The translations under genes and the position numbers were made by a program. Below, piece by piece: positions 60,401-64,000 of a DNA stretch of 64,000 nt. Numbering within the stretch: position 1 is the first letter of the stretch; the number at the start of each line of letters is the position of its first letter. Under the pieces are notes generated by a model. The model did not search any database. It was not told where the DNA came from and worked only from the letters and a program-made list of their open reading frames with translations. The stretch is from Auanema rhodensis (taxonomy: Eukaryota; Animalia; Nematoda): assembly GCA_964057225.1 (NCBI GenBank), contig OZ059896.1, forward strand, positions 13,950,001-14,014,000. Reading direction: 5' to 3'.

Positions 60401-63400
60401 AGCTTTCTCAAGGTTAAGGTCTTTCATGAAATCTCTGGGAAAGTGTGGTAATTTGTTTTCCCAGTCTGCCTCGGGTGGTATATAAGGCGTTGTTGGCTCG
60501 TTCTTGATGGACTGCCAGGACTGGATTTCTCCTATGTTTGCTTGCCCAATTACCGAGTTGGGTTCTATTTCTATCGTTTTATCTGTATTGTTTCTGAATA
60601 TAACATATACTCCACATGTATCACGAAACGCTGTTGGATAACTGGTGGCTAACGCGCTTCCGTTGTCTCCTAAGACTACCACTTCGTTTTGTTCGAGTGG
60701 CCTGTCTGTTTTGATTGGTATAGGAGCTTCTTCTTCAGGCTGTAGTATACGTCTTTTTAAATTGATGATGTTTACAGTTATTGATTTCTGTTTAATGACT
60801 TCTTGTTCAATCAAAGGAAGAGCGTGGTTACCAATCTCGAGCGTTTTTTTGGATGGTTTCAGGCTGACGTCGATGTTTTCGCTATCGAGCGTTTTCATGA
60901 AGTCGAGTCCAATTAACGCTGGGGCTGGGCAATCGTTATCGCTCGAGACCAAAAATGTGTGTTCGATTTCATAACCAGCAATTTCAATAATGAGTTCTAT
61001 TTTTCCATATAATGTGAATGTTGATTTATTAGCAGCCATTGCAACTAAACGTCTCTTTTTAATATGTTGAGCCATATTTAAATATTTTAGTGTCGATAGC
61101 CTAACATATGAGACTGATGAGCCTGAATCCCATAGTGCTAGTATCAGCTTGTCCTCTACTGATATGTATATCAAAGGTAACTTTGTTTCCGTTGCTCTAA
61201 TAGAAGAGATGAATGGCATTGCTAATGGAATAAATGTCACCAGACCTGGATAGTATTGTTTCATTATGCTTTCTGGCATTGGTTGATCTGCTCGACTAAC
61301 AAGTTCCAATGTTTCTTCATAGCCTGGGGGCTCATGATCCATGCCTTGAATGTGCATGATAGGTAACGGCATTGTTTTACAAAAGTATAGTTTAGCGATG
61401 ACGATAACAATAATGGTCAATGCGATAATTATGACCACGGATCCTATGAATATGAGTGTTTTTTCAATTGACCCTATCAAACTATCTATGACAATGTTCC
61501 AGGCTGTAGATGTAAATTCTTTAGCTTTCGAGATATAATCGCTGCCCCTTTTCAAAAGATTAAATGTCGATGTTATTTGAGGATCATTGTGAATGGTATG
61601 TAATACGTGATTTTGTCGTATTGATGCAAGACTAGCTCCGTATGCGATTGATGTAGTCATTGAGTATATTCGTGATGAAAGATTCGTATAAAGATGAGCT
61701 CCTGTAAATTTCAATGGTGTAATTTGATGATGGTGAGCACCATCAAGAAGAGAGATGGGGTTCACTTCTACCGACCCATTGACATTCATCCACTCGCCAT
61801 CTTTTGAATATACATCAGTTGGTACGTGATCGCAATTTATTTCTTTTCCATGTGTCAATAAATCTTTCGATCCTGGTGCAGCAAAATACAATTTATTCTC
61901 CTCTGTTGTTACTGGCGTCTCTAGATAGCAAGTTTCGTTGATCTTATGTGAATAATGAACAGTCTTAGGCTTCAGAGGTAGACATATGTGAACATGTACT
62001 ATCTCGCTGCCCACAAAACGCGCTGCAATATCGTCTCTACCTAGTATGGTCCTCATTGCAATTGTGGGCTCTATTTGTAAAATAGAACGCCATAATTCCA
62101 GGTATCTATTCTGGATTTCACATATGGATTCAAAAGATTCCACAAAATGTCGTTGTAGTTCTTCCTGCACAATTGTGGTAGCGTATTGCAGATGATCTTG
62201 TGCTATTTTTCGAGATGTATTTTGATTAGTTTGCATTTCATTGTTCACTTTTGATGCTATATAATTGCTCTGAGCCTGAATCGCTTTTGTTTCTATAGGA
62301 GGCGATGATGTTCTTTGTTTCCTTAAGGAGCGTAGCGTGGTTTCGGATATGGGTGTCATTGTTGAAGGTGTTTTCTCAGTGTACAAAGCATATAACATCG
62401 TGCTTGTTGCGTGTGTCGTGGTTGTCTCAGTAGTTTCATCAAATCTTGTTGTTTGCTGCACCAAGGTAGCGGTTTTTGTTACTGGCTGTGGTGCATAGGT
62501 CGTCTGACTTTTTGTAGGTTCTTTGTAAATTGTTTCCGGAGGCCCTGATAGTGGTGTCATTTGAGTGGTGGTAATAGGCAGTCTTCTACTCAAGTAAGGT
62601 GGTTTGCGTGTGTCTTCTAGCAAAGGTAGGAATGTCCGAATGAGCAATTCTCGCGTATCTTTGCTAGGATTCTGTATACGAGGATGTGGGCCCACCGGTA
62701 TACCAAAATTGTTCTCTATATCGTGGTATAATGTATGTATATCTGGTAGTTTGGTGGCAGGAACCGGCAGATGACGAAACCTTTCATCATCCTTGGCGGC
62801 TATCGTTCTATTTGGCCTAGCCACGCGTAGTTTGATTATGTTGTGATATAAGTCGAGAGTGTTTTCAAGTACTCTTCTCTCCTCCTCACTATCAGTCGTT
62901 AAACTGGGCCTCGTAGGCGGCATGTTCACAAAGGCTTTTAAAACTTCTTGTTTTGATGGTACCGACAAGTTGTTTTCAAATACTACGGGCGTAAATGCTA
63001 GTTCTAATGCTATGCTTTCTGCTCTTTCGCGGTATGATCCATCTTTCTTTAAGAGTTTTTCGTCAAATTCTTCCGCTGACAATCTGTCGCCGATCTGCTC
63101 TAATAGTTGTAGAGAAGTAAGGTACCGGATAGCGCCTCTTGTGGTTGCTGCCAGCTCTTTTTGTGCCAAAAAGAAGAGTATAGCCTCTTCAGGGTTACGC
63201 AGTTCGTAAATTTTGAAAAATCGTTGTATTGATTTATCTGAGACGGGATTTCGAAGAAAGAAATAGAATTTCTCAGGATGTGCGGAAATCCAGTCGACAA
63301 CAGAGTATGAAGGATCTGCTATTTGTCTGCTACGCATGAGTGGGATAATTTGGGAAATTCCCGGGTTGCTCATAACTGGTCGGAGAAATGGATATGGGCA

Positions 63401-64000
63401 GATGTTTAAAATTATTGTTTCAAAATCTTCCTGTTGTTGAATCCATTCTTTGTTCATTTCAACCTTGCATTCTGCAATGGCTCTTTTTGTCCTTTTTGGC
63501 GGTAATTTCTTGAATTCTCTTTCGATCAGTTCATGTATATTGATGTCGTTTGGGAACTTCGGGAAGAGAATATAATTTCCAGTTGTAGTGTGAAAAATTG
63601 GTTGTTGGAAACAAGATGATATTTCTTTCGGGACTTTTTTGTTCTCAATGACAAGTGCAGACTGCGTTGTTGGGATGAGAATGATGCTGTCTCCAATTAT
63701 AGCATCATATTCGCTCATGTCAATGTAATTACAACGATTCTCGTAAGGCTGTTTGTCCCAAATGATTATAGAAGTGTTAGACGCACATTCTCCGTGATGC
63801 GAAAGACAGCCTTCAGTATTCAAAATTAAATTCGATATTACAGTGTCATCTGGCATTCTTGTCATTACTCCTCGTTCTAGTACCAGTCGAGGTTTTTCTT
63901 CGCATTGTTCATTATTGAGCGATCGTCCGGGCGAAAATGTTGGCTCGTTTGTTGCATATGTAATGCTATCAAGTTTTTTCAATTCCTCAGAGCTCCATTT
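57476..64000 (-). CDS. pol: Element 2 polyprotein (5'-incomplete): Env-like glycoprotein-PR-RT-RH-IN, >2170 aa without interruption
   Basis: The frame stays open to the window edge (KWSSEELKKLDS..., so the listed start is an internal TTG). Cys-rich ectodomain with N-x-S/T sites; TM ~61380..61460; DSG 61121..61129; YLDD 59798..59809; intact HHCC, DDE and YDGPF. Confidence 0.95.
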   Translation of the reverse strand, partial: KWSSEELKKLDSITYATNEPTFSPGRSLNNEQCEEKPRLVLERGVMTRMPDDTVISNLILNTEGCLSHHGECASNTSIIIWDKQPYENRCNYIDMSEYDAIIGDSIILIPTTQSALVIENKKVPKEISSCFQQPIFHTTTGNYILFPKFPNDINIHELIEREFKKLPPKRTKRAIAECKVEMNKEWIQQQEDFETIILNICPYPFLRPVMSNPGISQIIPLMRSRQIADPSYSVVDWISAHPEKFYFFLRNPVSDKSIQRFFKIYELRNPEEAILFFLAQKELAATTRGAIRYLTSLQLLEQIGDRLSAEEFDEKLLKKDGSYRERAESIALELAFTPVVFENNLSVPSKQEVLKAFVNMPPTRPSLTTDSEEERRVLENTLDLYHNIIKLRVARPNRTIAAKDDERFRHLPVPATKLPDIHTLYHDIENNFGIPVGPHPRIQNPSKDTRELLIRTFLPLLEDTRKPPYLSRRLPITTTQMTPLSGPPETIYKEPTKSQTTYAPQPVTKTATLVQQTTRFDETTETTTTHATSTMLYALYTEKTPSTMTPISETTLRSLRKQRTSSPPIETKAIQAQSNYIASKVNNEMQTNQNTSRKIAQDHLQYATTIVQEELQRHFVESFESICEIQNRYLELWRSILQIEPTIAMRTILGRDDIAARFVGSEIVHVHICLPLKPKTVHYSHKINETCYLETPVTTEENKLYFAAPGSKDLLTHGKEINCDHVPTDVYSKDGEWMNVNGSVEVNPISLLDGAHHHQITPLKFTGAHLYTNLSSRIYSMTTSIAYGASLASIRQNHVLHTIHNDPQITSTFNLLKRGSDYISKAKEFTSTAWNIVIDSLIGSIEKTLIFIGSVVIIIALTIIVIVIAKLYFCKTMPLPIMHIQGMDHEPPGYEETLELVSRADQPMPESIMKQYYPGLVTFIPLAMPFISSIRATETKLPLIYISVEDKLILALWDSGSSVSYVRLSTLKYLNMAQHIKKRRLVAMAANKSTFTLYGKIELIIEIAGYEIEHTFLVSSDNDCPAPALIGLDFMKTLDSENIDVSLKPSKKTLEIGNHALPLIEQEVIKQKSITVNIINLKRRILQPEEEAPIPIKTDRPLEQNEVVVLGDNGSALATSYPTAFRDTCGVYVIFRNNTDKTIEIEPNSVIGQANIGEIQSWQSIKNEPTTPYIPPEADWENKLPHFPRDFMKDLNLEKADLTKEDKQELTKIIEQHREAFLNEDRKIGLFKGPVEHTIPLRTDMDMPRPRITRIPLGKQEEIERQILEMLEQDIIEPSTSLLNSPVVLVKKKDDTYRFVTDFRALNNVTRKQTYVIPSISDIVDMAAGAKFFSNFDLVSGFFQISLRKSDRRLTAFTTTSGTYQYKRMPMGLCGAPHTFQTAVRYLQSKCSCKLFVYLDDLLVISDTREQHLKDIDELLHAVEKLGMKIKLKKCAFAQPEVKFLGLIVGRQGMKPDPQKVAAIQDYPAPKNATGVRAFLGMVGFFRKFIKDFARIASPLYDLTKAETEFIWNKEHQEAIDLLKRSLIQAPVLSPPKSDRLFIIESDGSNIAIGAVLLQPEDPRQPLKNLHPIAFASRKLVKAERNYAPIEIEALGLVYALNQVRTYILGTHTICITDHRPLTSLLTRRDLFGRLAKFQLVIQEYDIEIRYREGQLNKVCDALSRYIGEEANDARPETKKKKKKEEIHINAINTPTIKELQLNTPWIKRTIAEIEYRAQKNMTANDRYCVINDLLYTRPTDKKPHPAIVIPQDHPITDEIIKLFHEDPTIAAHQGINKTKEAILRRFYWTNMQNDITMFIKNCIKCAQRKKDPHSMTVQPIGQFEIPSKPFERVHMDIMGPFPPTRRNCTHVITIQDSFTKWATTIAVPCITTEITIDRFLRNFVYIYGPPQRLITDRGSNFVSKKFEEMCKMVGIIHEPTLPHQKNSNGQVERLHRTLEEGLTHYMKEDLSEWDTILPKITFAINNIQHATTGIAPYVALFGKEGRMILDAELPDTIRRIQEISDELLARKPQMMKRNQIIHDRIAQNQENAKKKKDQTQRTRDRNIQPGDMVMTTIKSHQIGQKLRKSYDGPFEVINVEGSKVQIRNGAGKIQDIHKDNLKLFSNSEQDSAYNTRASKWKQQAEEEDDSDIEVIEVIKGNKGSDSETEPESEMEDGNELWLPTNTNRQRIKK

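Larger units (their letters stand above)
56470..64000 (-). mobile_element. Element 2: related env-bearing Ty3/Gypsy element, 5' part outside the window
   Basis: LTR homologous to element 1, same PPT, and an uninterrupted Env-PR-RT-RH-IN ORF. Confidence 0.96.

Overview
This is a eukaryotic window, probably nematode (inference). Most of it is a head-to-tail array of a 166-bp unit, each holding one 72-nt tRNA-Gln gene with its own oligo-T Pol III terminator. Unit arithmetic gives about 240 full-length copies: 115 in 323..24377 and 125 in 33856..56340. Anticodons are TTG and CTG, plus five copies with an amber-reading CTA anticodon that always carry a B-box G53A change. One family of Ty3/Gypsy (Metaviridae) LTR elements, with non-canonical CGTTCC...GGAACG ends and 4-bp target-site duplications, has invaded the array three times independently. 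(1) A 337-bp solo LTR was co-amplified with the array (16 full copies, 1 cut by the window edge, 6 deleted). (2) A complete 9.38-kb element (24442..33821, +) has apparently identical LTRs. (3) A second element (56470..>64000, -) sits inside a tRNA anticodon. The polyproteins carry a gB-like (class III fusogen-like) Env fused in frame upstream of PR-RT-RH-IN, with PPxY and YPxL motifs in the Env tail. The primer-binding site is complementary to tRNA-Gln, the tRNA species the array encodes. Element 1 lacks a recognisable Gag and the N-terminal part of Env, has a frameshift in integrase, and carries a predicted spliced antisense gene. Covarying RNA structures are visible in U5 and the 3' UTR. The many 63-75 aa ORFs over the array are artefacts. 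All comparisons were made by eye; no searches were run.
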